Assembly (NCBI RefSeq): GCF_902713615.1
Contig: NC_052158.1
Span: forward strand, 5,879,196 to 5,943,195
Reading direction: 5' to 3'
DNA length: 64,000 bases
Origin: Scyliorhinus canicula
Taxonomy: Eukaryota
How positions within the stretch are numbered: position 1 is the first letter of the stretch; each line of letters opens with the position of its first letter. This document shows positions 52,606-64,000 of this stretch, piece by piece. Below the pieces are notes generated by a model. It ran no database searches. It was not told the DNA's origin and saw nothing but the letters and a program-made list of their open reading frames with translations. Both the position numbers and the translations under genes were made by a program.

Positions 52606-52986
52606 GGGCGGGATTCTGCGAGCCCCGTGCTGGGGACAGAGGGGGGCTCCTTCACTGGGGGAGGGCCTCCGATGGGGTCTGGCCCGCGTTCGGGGCCCTC
52701 CGATCGGCGGGCCGGCCTCTTCTCCCCCCACCCCGGCGGGTCTATTTTGTTACGCGGCCGGCCCCTGAACCCCGGCGCCATGTTGCGTCGGGGCTGGCGC
52801 GGTGAGGACGTCCCCCAGGCATACGCGGGTTGGCTCGGCGCCCAGTGGGCACTGGGAAGGGAGGCTGGAGCGGCCCCCTATGGGGTCCAGAATCGGTAGT
52901 GCCCACACCCGTTTCGAGCCGTTGTAAAACACAACGACGTTCACGACGGAGCGGACACTCTGCCTCCATTTCGGAGAATCCCGCCC
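52606..52986. mobile_element. GC-rich MITE
   Basis: TIR GGGCGGGATTCTGCG / CGGAGAATCCCGCCC; interior related to 47185-47745; no clear TSD. Confidence 0.8.
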
Positions 52987-53009
52987 AGAATATACCGTTT
53001 TAATTGGGC

Positions 53010-53654
53010 TCAAAACTCGTCCCGGTAGGTCACCATCAGTCTCCTCATCATGCCAAGTGGACGTGGAGAGACGGATTGTTCATAAACACTTGGATTACTT
53101 CAGGAGCAGAGAGATGCTGCAGCAGTCAGTGCTATCATCAACAAATGTTTTCAGACCCCTAAACATCAAAGTACCTGATCGACGTATCGACATAACTGAT
53201 GTCTCCATGGAAGCAAATAGTGATGCAAATCACCTGTGCCAGAAGAGGTACCTGATTACAGTTCCTGATAACATTGATCCTGTGGGAGTATCTCAGACAA
53301 CAGAATTACACCGATCTACAAGGGATAGAAACCCCCTCAAGGACCTGATTTATAATTGTCCAACACATATATGCAATGTTTGGTTAATATTTAGGCCTGA
53401 GTGAATTAGTTATTGAAGATTGTATAAAGGGCTTAAAGGGGGGAGGGATGTGGTGATTCTCCCTTTAAGGGTAACACAGCAGAGTAAGGGTCACATGGTC
53501 TGGGTGACCAACCGGGAGTGTAGAATCATCCCATAGTTAAGGAGGCTCCTGGGCCTTTTGGGGAATGAGCTACAGTCATGTGGTTGCTGTACAATTCTTA
53601 TTAATAAATACCTTTTGTGTTCACTAATGAAGTCTGTGAAAGTGCATCTTTACA
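53010..53654 (+). mobile_element. Gypsy-type LTR retrotransposon 3' end: integrase tail, PPT and a 206-bp LTR (53449-53654)
   Basis: Peptide QVDVERRIVHKHLD...ELHRSTRDRNP; purine tract AAAGGGGGGAGGGA directly before TGTGG; AATAAA; ends TTACA. Confidence 0.75.
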
Positions 53655-54083
53655 TCTACCCACTGAGTCAAGGCTGAAACCTCGGTCAGGGTGTAGAAAC
53701 CTCCATAGCTCCATCACTAAAATGTGTCAAGCACAGGAGTGGAGACTACAGGCAGTCTCAGTGGACTAATGTGGCCAAACAGTTTGAGTATCGACCTGCA
53801 AACTCCTTCTAAAACAACAATAGCTGGCGGTATGAGTGGGAGAGACTCCTGGTCAGCCATGTTTGAGTGGCGCCCCCTCCAGCTATAAGCCCCTAATGAC
53901 AGACAAGTGACCTTTTCCCGGAATAACACGCTGCGGAAACAGACGGAAATCTGCCTCAGTTCACCACGAGGTACATGAAAAGATTCAAGAGATTCAAGAC
54001 AGGGAGAAGCACGCGGTGAATCGCTCTTACAGAGAGCCAGCATGTAGGGCCGTTTCTGCACTGTAATGACTCTGCGAACGTTG

Positions 54084-54720
54084 GCGCGACAGTACAGTGT
54101 TTAGCACTGCTGACTCACAGCATCAGGGACCCGGGTTCGATTCCGGCCTTGGGTGACGGTGCAGAGTCTGCACGTTCTCCTCGTGTCCGCATGGGGTTCC
54201 TCCGGGTTCTCCATTTTCCTCCCACAGTCCAAAGATTTATTTTAAAATTTAAATTTAAACCCAGACCATGTGACCCTTACTCTGCTGTGTTACCCTTAAA
54301 GGGAGAATCACCACATCCCTCCCCCACTTTAAGTCCTTTATACAATCTTCAATAACTAATTTTTTTTTTACAATTAAAGGTCAATTTAGCGTGGCCAATC
54401 CATCTTTGGGTTGTGGGGATGAAACGCACTCAAACACGGGGAGATGTGCAAACTCCACACGGGCAGTGGCCCGAGGCCGGGATTCAAACACGTGTCCTCA
54501 GCGCCGTTCACAGCAAAGCTAACCACTGTGCCACGTGATGCCCTCCATAGTACAAAGATGTGCGAGTCAGGTGGATTGGACATCTTGTGTCCAAAGACAG
54601 GGTTTGATAGGGTAACTGGGACAGGATGGGGGAGTGGGCTCAGGTAGGGCGCTCTTTCAGCGGGTTGGTGCAGACCCGATGGGCCAAATGGCCTCCTGCT
54701 GTACTGTAGGAATTCTATGG
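54084..54720 (+). mobile_element. V-SINE split by an oppositely oriented short V-SINE (about 54236-54543)
   Basis: ..cagtccaaagat stops at about 54236 and caaagatgtgcg resumes at about 54552. Confidence 0.82.
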
Positions 54721-55562
54721 AGAAATAATATGCACAATGGTACGTGTAGGCACAGCTTGTGAAGGAATCTACAGTCAGTAGTAAAGACGTCAGAGTCAGC
54801 AGTACAGCAGCTCCATTTCACAATGAGCTGGGTGAACCCTCGTGCCTCCAGCTTACTCAGGGAGACAGCTGCGGGCAGAGGGAGCTCCTGGTTGGTGCTG
54901 CACGTGACACCGATCCCCAACTTTCCACCTGTCCGCTATTTGTCCACGCTCAAAAGTCGACAAACTTTTCTAATCTTTTGCTGGACGGTCAATGTCCAAT
55001 TATTCATTTCACTGACTTGTTTGTGTCAGGAGATCGATTTTAAAAAAAAAATGACAAGTTTGTAAGAAGTAATTTTGTTTGGAGAACCTCGGTAGGTTTG
55101 CTTTTGCTGAGCACGGACATTTTTCCAGCCTCGCCCACTTTGTACTGAAGCCATAAACTGGCTGGCAGGTCAGTTGAAGCCAGATATTCAGAATGATATG
55201 TGAGCACCCAATGATCCCGTCCCACGAATGATTAACTCGCGTTGCCACACACCGAGCGGGCGACTCTGATTCAATTCTCTCTCGAGCTGACAGGTCAGCC
55301 TTCAGCCTGTGGAGCACCTTTGGTCAATTCATTCCGTCCTATTTGGCTCCTTTTTTCTCCAGGGACATCGCTGACCCCCCCCCCCCCCCCCCCAGCAATC
55401 AGAAATCTATTGATCTCATTCTTGAAGTTTTAGTTGACCCCCCCCCCCCACCAACCCTTCCCCAGCATGCACAGCCTTTGGCGGAAGAGAGTCCATGTTT
55501 TCCACTGCTCTCCTCCATCCTTCCTGTTACCCCTGAGTGGCCTGGCTGTCATTATAAATGGT

Positions 55563-56220
55563 GGGCTAGATTCTCCGTTTCAGCAGCTAAATGCCGGCGC
55601 CAGCGGAGCATGTGTGGTCTTTCATGACCAAAAAAATCGGTGTGAGACCCTCACCGATTTGGGGGACCGGTAAGGGGCTAGCACCGCACCGAGTGAAACT
55701 CCCGCCTCCAGTGCCGAAAACGGCCGGACAATGGCCGGGTCCGTAGCCGCGCACGTGTGTGGCTGACGGTTTGCAGTGGTCATGCTGTTCAACAAGGTGC
55801 CGGTTGTGTGAGGACCCAACCCACCATCCGTGACCCCACAGCCCACCCTCTGGCCACCCCTCGCCAGTCCCCCCCAGCCCTCAGAGAAGTCCCCCCTCCC
55901 CCCACCCCCAGCCGTCAGCACGGATCCCAGCCGAGTGTGGCGGCATTGAACACAGTCCGAAGCCGCCGCGCCAGGTTCATGATTTTCTGTGACCACACAT
56001 GGTCCGCGCCGTTGGGAACATTGCGGGTCGGCCGGCCGATGACGTGCCAACGCCATTGAAACGGCACGCTACGCGCATCACAATGGCACCGTTTCAGAGG
56101 GGCCGAAGTATGGCTGACTGGCTTCAAACCGGCGCCGGCCCCGATTTCGGCGTTGGAGCCCATTCTCCACCCGATCACCAAACACGATTTCAGCAGTCGG
56201 GCAACGGCAAATCCCATCGT
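55563..56220 (+). mobile_element. GC-rich MITE, same family as 1139-2288
   Basis: Starts GGGCTAGATTCTCCG; shared internal blocks. Confidence 0.7.
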
Positions 56221-56869
56221 GGTCTCCCTTATTCCCAAATCCCTCCCCCAGAGACAATAGTTCGACTTTTGTTTTTGCCAATAACCATTGTGGGTAAATC
56301 AATATTATCAAAAGGACTCCACATTATGTGGCTGTTTATTTGGGAGTCTTGATGAGGTGAAAATGCCGCAAAGTCGGTTCTCAGCCTGGTTATCAAAGAA
56401 TACTTGGCCCCAAAGGGCTTCAATTGAGAGTTTCTGAGATGTTTCTGACAGGAGTCAATGCCAAGGGTGAGTTCCAGGCCCGCCTCGCAACTAGGCCGGA
56501 AATATACAAATTGCTGCTCATCAATGCCAATGGCGCATTAGAGGCTGCCACCCCACCCAGTGAGTGCTGGAGGTCAGGATATCCAGTCTCAGAGGCCCAT
56601 AACAAAGGCAGAGCCAGTACTGTAAAGGGTCCCCTGGCAAGGGGCAGTGTCCAGAGTTCTGACTGCTGAACAATTGAGGGAGTAAACTAAACAGAGAAAA
56701 AAACTGGTGCATTTTCCACTCGGGCCAGGCAAGTCAAATTTTAGCTCTTCCCTGTCAATCACATTCAAAGAAAGCAGGAACTTTATGAATCAAAAAAAAA
56801 CCTCCCAACTTTTGTCATTGGGCAGTTGTACATTTTCCTGTCCAACTGGAATGAGGGGAGAGGTTGAAG

Positions 56870-57075
56870 GACTAAACCAACGAGGCCTCCCTCCCGTGGT
56901 GCTCTCCTGCCTGACCAACATGAGCAGCTCATGCCAACCGTTGGTGGGAGGAGGAGGCCCAGCCAGACCTCTGTACGGGAGGAGACGGAGGAAGAGGTCA
57001 ACACAGCGTGGGCGTGGAGAGAAGGGCCTGGGCCCGGTGCCACAAAAAGGCTCAATGACCTCATGAAGTCAGCGA
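56870..57075 (+). pseudogene. Decayed Myb/SANT-like DNA-binding ORF of a Harbinger element
   Basis: GRRRPSQ..EEEVNTA / (frameshift) VERRAWARCHK / KRLNDLMKSA. Confidence 0.5.
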
Positions 57076-57149
57076 GTATAGCATTAGTGTGAGCGAATCT
57101 TGGCTCAGTCTCACTAGCGAATGCTAGGAGGGAAGTGAGTTTGACTATG

Positions 57150-57620
57150 CCGTAAAGGTACCTTGATTCTTCAACGGCCCAGCTATCTTGGACCATGTCA
57201 TTGTGAATTTCGAGCAATGGTCTAGTTACACAAATGGCGGTTGGAAGGGTCACCTATTGAATGGAGTCTATCCACAGCCTCTGTCCACTTGACTCTGGAT
57301 ATCCTGGGTGAAGGAGGTGTAATACCCAGCCCTTCAGAGCATTGTGTCTGTGAACACTTTGATGCAATGGTATGCAGCGTGGGCTGTGTTACCCACTGAG
57401 AACTCCACAGGCTGCCTGGAATGAGCCTGTTGTGAAGACGTTCAGTGTTACTGTCACCATTAATGAGACAGGAAGTGGGTTGATCCCTACACAGCAGATG
57501 AGATCACCTCTGCCAGCATCTCACCTAGTGATGTTAGCGCCACTTGACAGCCCGTATCTCAGCTCCGGGTCTCACTCAGTTACTTGTAGCTGAATCTCCG
57601 CCTGTATATTCCTGAGGCTG
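57150..57620 (-). pseudogene. Decayed PIF/Harbinger (HARBI1-like) transposase, N-terminal part
   Basis: Minus-strand peptide IYRRRFSYK*LSET...PLPVSLMVTVTLNVFTTGSFQAACGVLSG* with stops. Confidence 0.65.
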
Positions 57621-57814
57621 AATAAGCTCATCTGCACCTCCACTGAGGGTTTCTGGGATCCTCCCCATCCTCAGGGCCCGGTGTCGCTCTGTCCCTTTCC
57701 TGAAGCATCCTGAGCTTCCCTCTGGTCCCATCTTCCCTTCAACCTTCTCTCCCTCCTCCTAATCCTGCTCTCCGCGCTGGAGATTGTGGAGATTGACTAT
57801 GTGTCTAATATTAC

Positions 57815-58425
57815 AACCAACAAGTCAGCGCCACCCCCGCACTGATGCTCCACCGGTGGGGGCGGGGCTAGCAGCCACGCCATGTAAAACCCCCGGCTTA
57901 TCCTGCAGATACGGATGGAGAATTGCTGGATCCATGGCTGCGCATGCGCAGAGCGGTGACCTGCAGCGGTCGCAATACAACAGGGGGCCGGCCGCGTGTG
58001 GACCCTGCCTGCCAGGTAGTGGCCCCCTGTAACCCCCCCATGTCACCCCCGGACCACCCCCCACCAGTCCGCCCAGCCCCTGCCGAAGCCCTCCCCCCAC
58101 CCACCGGCCAGCGGAGCGGTTCGCCCCCGACTATGGTGGCGCTGGACACAGTCCGCAGCTGCCACGCAAGGCTGACCAAACCTCAGACCACAAGCGATCC
58201 ACGCCGTCTGGAAGTCGGCCCATCGGGGGCGGAGCATCGGGGGAGGGCCTTCAGGTGACGTCCTGAGGCCGTCCCAACGGTGTGTGGCGCACTCACCGAT
58301 GACGCGGTTTTGGAGGGGACGCAGCGTCTGAAAAACGGCGCCGCCCCCGATTTCGGGGTCAAAAGGGGTTCTCCGGGTCAACCCCCGAATGCGATTTCGG
58401 CATCGGCCATCGGAGAATCCCACCC
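57815..58425 (+). mobile_element. GC-rich MITE, same family as 1139-2288
   Basis: Ends CGGAGAATCCCACCC; shared internal blocks. Confidence 0.72.
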
Positions 58426-58772
58426 CTGTGTCTCCAACTGAGACCACAATCGCCACCCGTCTCCGAGAGTTCACAGCCCCGGGTAATGGACGGGAAAATA
58501 ATCGATCACAAGAGCTCTCTGAATCAGAGGAGAGGCCTCCTGATGAACAAAAAGGTTCCACTGCGCAGTCACACAAACACTCCCAGCAGGCAATCAACTG
58601 TTAACTAGAAAACTGAGACCCTGCTCTCAGCTGTAGTTTTAAAACCCGCCCAAACAAACTCACCTTTTAAAAAACATACTTCCCACCTGCCGTTACTCTG
58701 GCCCTGAGTGTATAAGAGCAATGAGTTGGGCGTTGACGACCTTAATTACCGTCCCAGTTTCCATTTGACTGT

Positions 58773-59118
58773 GGCAGCACGGTAGCATGGTGGTTAGCAT
58801 AAATGCTTCACAGCTCCAGGGTCCCAGGTTCGATTCCCGGCTGGGTCACTGTCTGTGTGGAGTCTGCACGTCCTCCCCGTGTGTGCGTGGGTTTCCTCCG
58901 GGTGCTCCGGTTTCCTCCCACAGTCCAAAGATGTGTGGGTTAGGTGGATTGGCCATGCTAAATTGCCCTTAGTGTCCTAAAAAGTAAGGTTAAGGGGGGG
59001 GGTTGATGGGTTACGGGTATAGGGTGGATACGTGGGTTTGAGTAGGGTAATCATTGCTCGGCACAACATCGAGGGCCGAAGGGCCTGTTCTGTGCTGTAC
59101 TGTTCTATCTATTCTATC
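58773..59118 (+). mobile_element. V-SINE, full length
   Basis: Near-identical to 11284-11616. Confidence 0.93.
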
Positions 59119-60060
59119 TAATGCGGGCGGCTTTCCGACATTTTGTCACAGTCTTATCGCTAACCGAGGTGATGAAATCAGAAACCGTGCCCAACGTCAC
59201 CCGTATTATGCAGCGTAAAACGGATAACAGTTATTCAGCTCAATGAGTGTAATGAATGGGCCAGTTTTCAGAAGGAATTTTCCATGTGCTGTACAAGGTA
59301 ACATTGGTTAGTTTATGCCATACTTTATAAGTCAACCATTAACCCGCACATACAACTGTTGCAATAAGTGGATCACCCTCGGGTGAAGGGGGAGGGTAGG
59401 TGGGGGGGTGAGACCATACTGGAAGGCAGGACAACATTCAGCAGTCCTCTGTCTTACTTCCAGCCCAGGCTTTGAGCTCGTTGGAAAGGTGATCGAATGC
59501 CCCTCAGTCAGATCAGCTGGGCTTGAAATCCCAGTCTGACTGCGAGCAGGCTCGTACACGGCTTCTGCAAAGGAAACCCCTGGACTCAACTGCAGATCTC
59601 TCAAAATGTGGCAAGTGTTGCTCTTGCTCACAGCCCACGCAGGTACGCTGCTCAATTTGTGTTGTTTTCCTATTCTGCTGCCCTCCTCTCTTTCCCCACC
59701 CCCTCCCACGCTCCCCCTCCTCCGCGTCTCTCAAAGGCCCCGGAGTTCTAACAAGGTGACGGCTGAAGACTACTCCAGGCGACGACAAGGGTTGCGTCTG
59801 TAGAAACAGCTAAGCTTGTGGTCCACAGGGAGACATGACTCGTCAATAGGATTGACTGGGCCAAGAGGCAGAGATGGAGGAACCTGAATGATTCTCCCTC
59901 GGCTCGGAACCATGAGCTGAATATTGGGCCTGCCACTGTGGGTTAGAATCTGGACTCTAATCCTTACTGGTGCATTTCCTGGCGAATTCTGTTATCCACT
60001 ATATATTGTTGCTTTCCAGAGAGAATTGAACAGGGCATTGATGAACACACATCTGGAGTA

Positions 60061-60287
60061 TTTTTTAAAATAGATTTAGAGTACCCAATTCATTTTTTCT
60101 AATTAAGGGGCAATTTAGCGTGGCCAATTCATCTACCCTGCACATCTTTGGGTTGTGGGGGGGAAACCCAAGCAGACACGGGGAGAATGTGCAAACTCCA
60201 CATGAACAGTGACCCAGAGGCGGGATCGAACCCGGGACCTCGGCGCCGTGAGGCTGCAGTGCTAACCACTGCGCCACCGTGCTGCCC
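60061..60287 (-). mobile_element. V-SINE, short A-tailed subfamily
   Basis: Reverse-complement copy. Confidence 0.9.
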
Positions 60288-60294
60288 ACACACA

Positions 60295-61195
60295 CCTGGG
60301 CAGTACAGTATTGTATTCTGTGTACAGTATTGGCCTTCTTATTTAAGGCAAGGTGTAAATATGTTAGAAGCAGTTCAGAGAGAGTTTACTAGATTAATAC
60401 CAGGAATGGGTGGGTTGTCTTATGAGGAAAGATTTGAGAGGCTAGGTTTGTATCTAGTGGAGTTCAGAAGAGTAAGAGGCAACATGATTGAAACATTGTA
60501 CAGCGGCACAGTGGTTAGCTCTGCTGCCTCACAGTGCCAGGGACCCGGGTTCAATTCCAGCCTCAGGTGACTGCGTGGGTTTCCTCCGGGTGCTCCGGTT
60601 TCCTCCCCACAGTCCAAAGATGTGCGTGTTAGTTGGATTGGTCACGATAAATTGCCTTTCGTGTCCAAATGGTTAGGTGGATTGGCCATGATAAGTTGCC
60701 CCTTAGTGCCCAAAAATATGCAGGATGTGGGAATAGAGCGGGGGAGTGGGCACAGGTCGGCTGCTCCTTTGGAGGGGCCGTGCAGACTCGATGGGCCGAA
60801 TGGCCTCCTTCTATACTGTAGGGATTCAATGAGCAGGTCAAACCTGAGGGGCCTTGAGGAGAGGATGTTTCCGCTTGTGGGAGAATCTAGTACGAGGGGT
60901 CACTATTCAAAAGTAAGTGGGCATCATTTAAGGCAGAGATGAGGAGAAATGATTTCTTTCAGAAGGTGGTGTTTCTGGAACTCTTCCTCAAAAGGGGCGG
61001 AAGCCGAATCATTGAATATTTTTAAAGCAGAATTAGATAGATTCATGATCAACAAAGGGGTGAAAGGTCACCGGGGGGTCGGCAGGAATGTGGGGTTCAG
61101 GTCACAATCAGATCAGCCATGATCTTATTGAATGGCGGAGCAGGCTAGAGGGGCTGAGTGGCCTCCTCCTGATCCTAATTCGCATGTTGGTATGG
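60295..61195 (+). mobile_element. CR1 3' end split by a V-SINE (60502-60828)
   Basis: VQYWPSYLRQGVNMLEAVQREFTRLIPG; resumes at about 60850. Confidence 0.85.
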
Positions 61196-61602
61196 TCATA
61201 TGTACATAACGCAGCAGCTCACCACCACCTTCTCAAGGGCAATTAGGGATGGGCAATAAAAAATATTGGTCAAGCCAGTGATAGCCCATCCTGGGAAAGA
61301 ATTATAAAAACACAGATACCCGCCAGGGACTCTCGGTCCTTCCGCTATTACTATCCCAGTCTAGATTTGGTAAGTAACGTTCCCAGGGTAAGTTATTCTT
61401 CCACTCCTGTCATTTCCTCGCAGATTTGTTCTTCTCTATCTTTCCCAATGCCGAAAGAATGCATCCCGCGATGTAATGGATCATCTACCCTTTCCCAGCT
61501 TTACTCAAATAGCGTCCATGTTTGACTCATTTAGGGATGTAAGCTTCTCCTTAATCATACTGCCAGCCCTCCACCTTTCATTGCTTCCTAACCCTTGCTG
61601 AA

Positions 61603-61943
61603 CACAATGGTTAGCACTGTTGCCTCACAGTACCTGGGACCCCCCCGGGTTCGATTCCCGGCTTGAGTCTCTGTCTGTGCGGAGTCTGCACGTTCTCCCC
61701 CGTGTGTGTGTGAGTTTCCTCCGGGTGCTCCGGTTTCCTCCCACAGTCCAAAGATGTGCGGGTTAGGTGTACTGGTCACGCTAAATTGGCCCTGTGGTGA
61801 CCAAAGGTTAGGTGGGGTTGCTGGGTTATGGTAATAGGGTGGAGATGTGGACTTAGGTAGGGTGCTCTTTCGGGGGCCGGTGTAGACTCAATGGGCTGAA
61901 TGGCCTCCTTCTACATGGTACATTCTCTGGTTCTATGATTCTA
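61603..61943 (+). mobile_element. V-SINE
   Basis: Head, V-domain, tail. Confidence 0.9.
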
Positions 61944-61988
61944 TATATCCAGGAACATTTCCTTCCTTGAGCCAGATCTCCATGAGAG

Positions 61989-62633
61989 CCACACCGCTAG
62001 ATCTCCACTATAACCATACCACTGGATCTCCACTATAACCATACCACTGGATCTCCACTATAACCATACCACTGGATCTCCATTATAACCATACCACTGG
62101 ATCTCCATTATAACCTCACCACTGGATCTCAATTATAACCATACCACTGGATCTCCATTATAACCATACCACTGGATCTCCATTATAACCATACCACTGG
62201 ATCTCCATTATAACCTCACCACTGGATCTCAATTATAACCATACCACTGGATCTCCATTATAACCATACCACTGGATCTCCATTATAACCATACCACTGG
62301 ATCTCCATTATAACCATACCACTGGATCTCCATTATAACCATACCACTGGATCTCCATTATAACCATACCACTGGATCTCCATTATAACCATACCACTGG
62401 ATCTCCATTATAACCATACCACTGGATCTCAATTATAACCACACCACTGGATCTCCATTATAACCACACCACTGGATCTCCATGATAACCACATCACTGG
62501 ATCTCCATTATAACCTCACCACTGGATCTCCATTATAACCATACCACTGGATCTCCAAGATAACCACACCACTGGATCTCCATGAAAACCACACCACTGG
62601 ATCTCCATGAAAACCACACCACTGGATCTCCAT
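61989..62633. repeat. Minisatellite, 25-bp unit CCACTGGATCTCCATTATAACCATA, about 25 copies
   Basis: Tandem copies; period 25. Confidence 0.95.
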
Positions 62634-62922
62634 GTGGCTCTCTGATCCTGCAGTTTACCAACCTTAATTTCCCACAGTTCAGATCACCTAATTGAGACTT
62701 AATTCCATTCCCTCTTACTCACACCCCAGCTAACACCTCACTATTTCCTAACCGAGTGCCACTCCCAACTCTCTCTGCCCCTCGGTATTCCTCTTGGTTA
62801 TGACCTCCCAGACCCCTGCCAAGTTTATTGAACTGCGCCCCAATAGGGCGACCACCTGGCCCTGCCGAGGAATTTGGTCTGAGCTCGGTTCAGGTGCTAC
62901 ACGTCTGGTTTGGACAGATCCT

Positions 62923-63440
62923 GGGCGGGAGTCTCCTGACGACGACGCCAAAATTGCGTTCGGCGATCGGCTTGAGAATCCCCGTGTGCGCCAAAATCGG
63001 GGACGGCAGTGCTATCGCGATGTTCCGCCCCCTGAAAAATGGCGTCTCGCACGCTGTGTGGACGGCCTCGCGACGTCACCTGAGGCCCTCCCCCAAGGCT
63101 CCTTTTTGGGTTTCGTGATCCTGGCATTGCGGCTGCGGACTGAGCTCAGTCGGGGGAGTGGGGGGTTTGGGGGGTGAGGGAGGGGGCACCGTTCCATGTG
63201 CAGGGGACACTTTGGCGAGGGCTGCGGGGACCAGTGGGGGGGGGGGGGTGGTCCAGGGGTGGCAGTGGGGGTCATTGGGGGTTACTGGGGTACAGTATGT
63301 GGCAGGACGGGTCCGCGGTGGCCAGTGCCATGTTGCACGTCGCAGCTGCTGTAGGGTGCCGCAGTGCACATGTGCAGCCAAGACCCGGCAATTCTCCGGC
63401 CGTACCTGCAGGTGAAGCCGGGCTTTACTCTGCCGTCCTG
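62923..63440 (-). mobile_element. GC-rich MITE, same family, reverse orientation
   Basis: Starts GGGCGGGAGTCTCC; reverse-complement blocks of 57815-58425; right end uncertain. Confidence 0.6.
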
Positions 63441-63932
63441 CTAGCCGCCCACCAGATGGAGGATCGGTACAGCTTTTACGTCAATTTTTCTGTTGTAAAA
63501 CCCGATTGTTTCCATGCCAGCGACAGCTCTGAGTCTTCAAATAGGAAACTCCAGGCCCCCTATCTCCCACAGAACAGGTCCCGATATCCCATACATCTGG
63601 AGCCTTCCCTCTTACACTAACTCTCCAGCCATTCCTGCATCTGCTCTCCAAGCCTATTTCTATACTTACCAGTGCCAGGTACTGGGAATAATCCAGAAAT
63701 TTCGAGGTCCTGCTTGTTAGATTCTTCCTGAAACTCTGTCTTCAGAAACTCACCCTTCTTTCTGTCTTCATTGGCCGCAAAGTACTTTGAGACATCTGGT
63801 GCGCTATATAAATGTAGGTCCTCCTTTAGTTCAGGACAACTTACTGTGTTAAAATAATAATTATTGCCTCTCTGGTCCTTTTTGCCAATGGCCTTGAACC
63901 TGTGCCCCCTGTGTAACCGACAGGCAGGAATC

Positions 63933-64000
63933 ACGGTAGCACAATGGTTAGCACTGTTGCTTCACAGCTCCAGGGTCCCAGGTTCGATTCCCGTCTGGGT
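63933..64000 (+). mobile_element. V-SINE head, cut by the window edge
   Basis: cacggtagcacaatggttagc..ggttcgattccc. Confidence 0.85.

Noticed and set aside
426-64000. tRNA genes
   Set aside because: All tRNA-like A/B-box segments are SINE heads continuing into V-domain or Deu-domain cores; I saw no complete cloverleaf.

Overview
Eukaryotic, repeat-dominated genomic DNA. The repeat complement (HE1-like V-SINEs, Deu-domain SINEs, CR1, Rex1/Babar, RTE, Penelope) points to a shark or other elasmobranch (inference). One host gene is supported: a minus-strand, six-coding-exon RING/B-box/coiled-coil/PRY-SPRY TRIM gene most like TRIM69 (ATG 44998, stop 4380, about 496 aa if repaired). I reconstructed it from splice sites and exon phases. 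Its last exon carries three apparent single-base frameshifts and lies beyond a 449-N gap. Intron 5 is 34.5 kb and holds two satellite arrays of about 10 kb each (26-bp and 34-bp units); the 26-bp unit appears to derive from a PIF/Harbinger-type MITE and explains the giant artefactual ORFs. Intron 1 holds an inverted Penelope element with minimal hammerhead ribozyme motifs, one on the gene's sense strand. Also present: Gypsy-type solo LTRs with 4-bp TSDs, GC-rich MITEs with 3-bp TSDs, a decayed Harbinger transposase plus Myb remnant, a hAT MITE with an 8-bp TSD, and a local templated insertion inside a SINE tail. No rRNA, tRNA or CRISPR features. Family names come from motif recognition, not database searches; most repeat boundaries are approximate.
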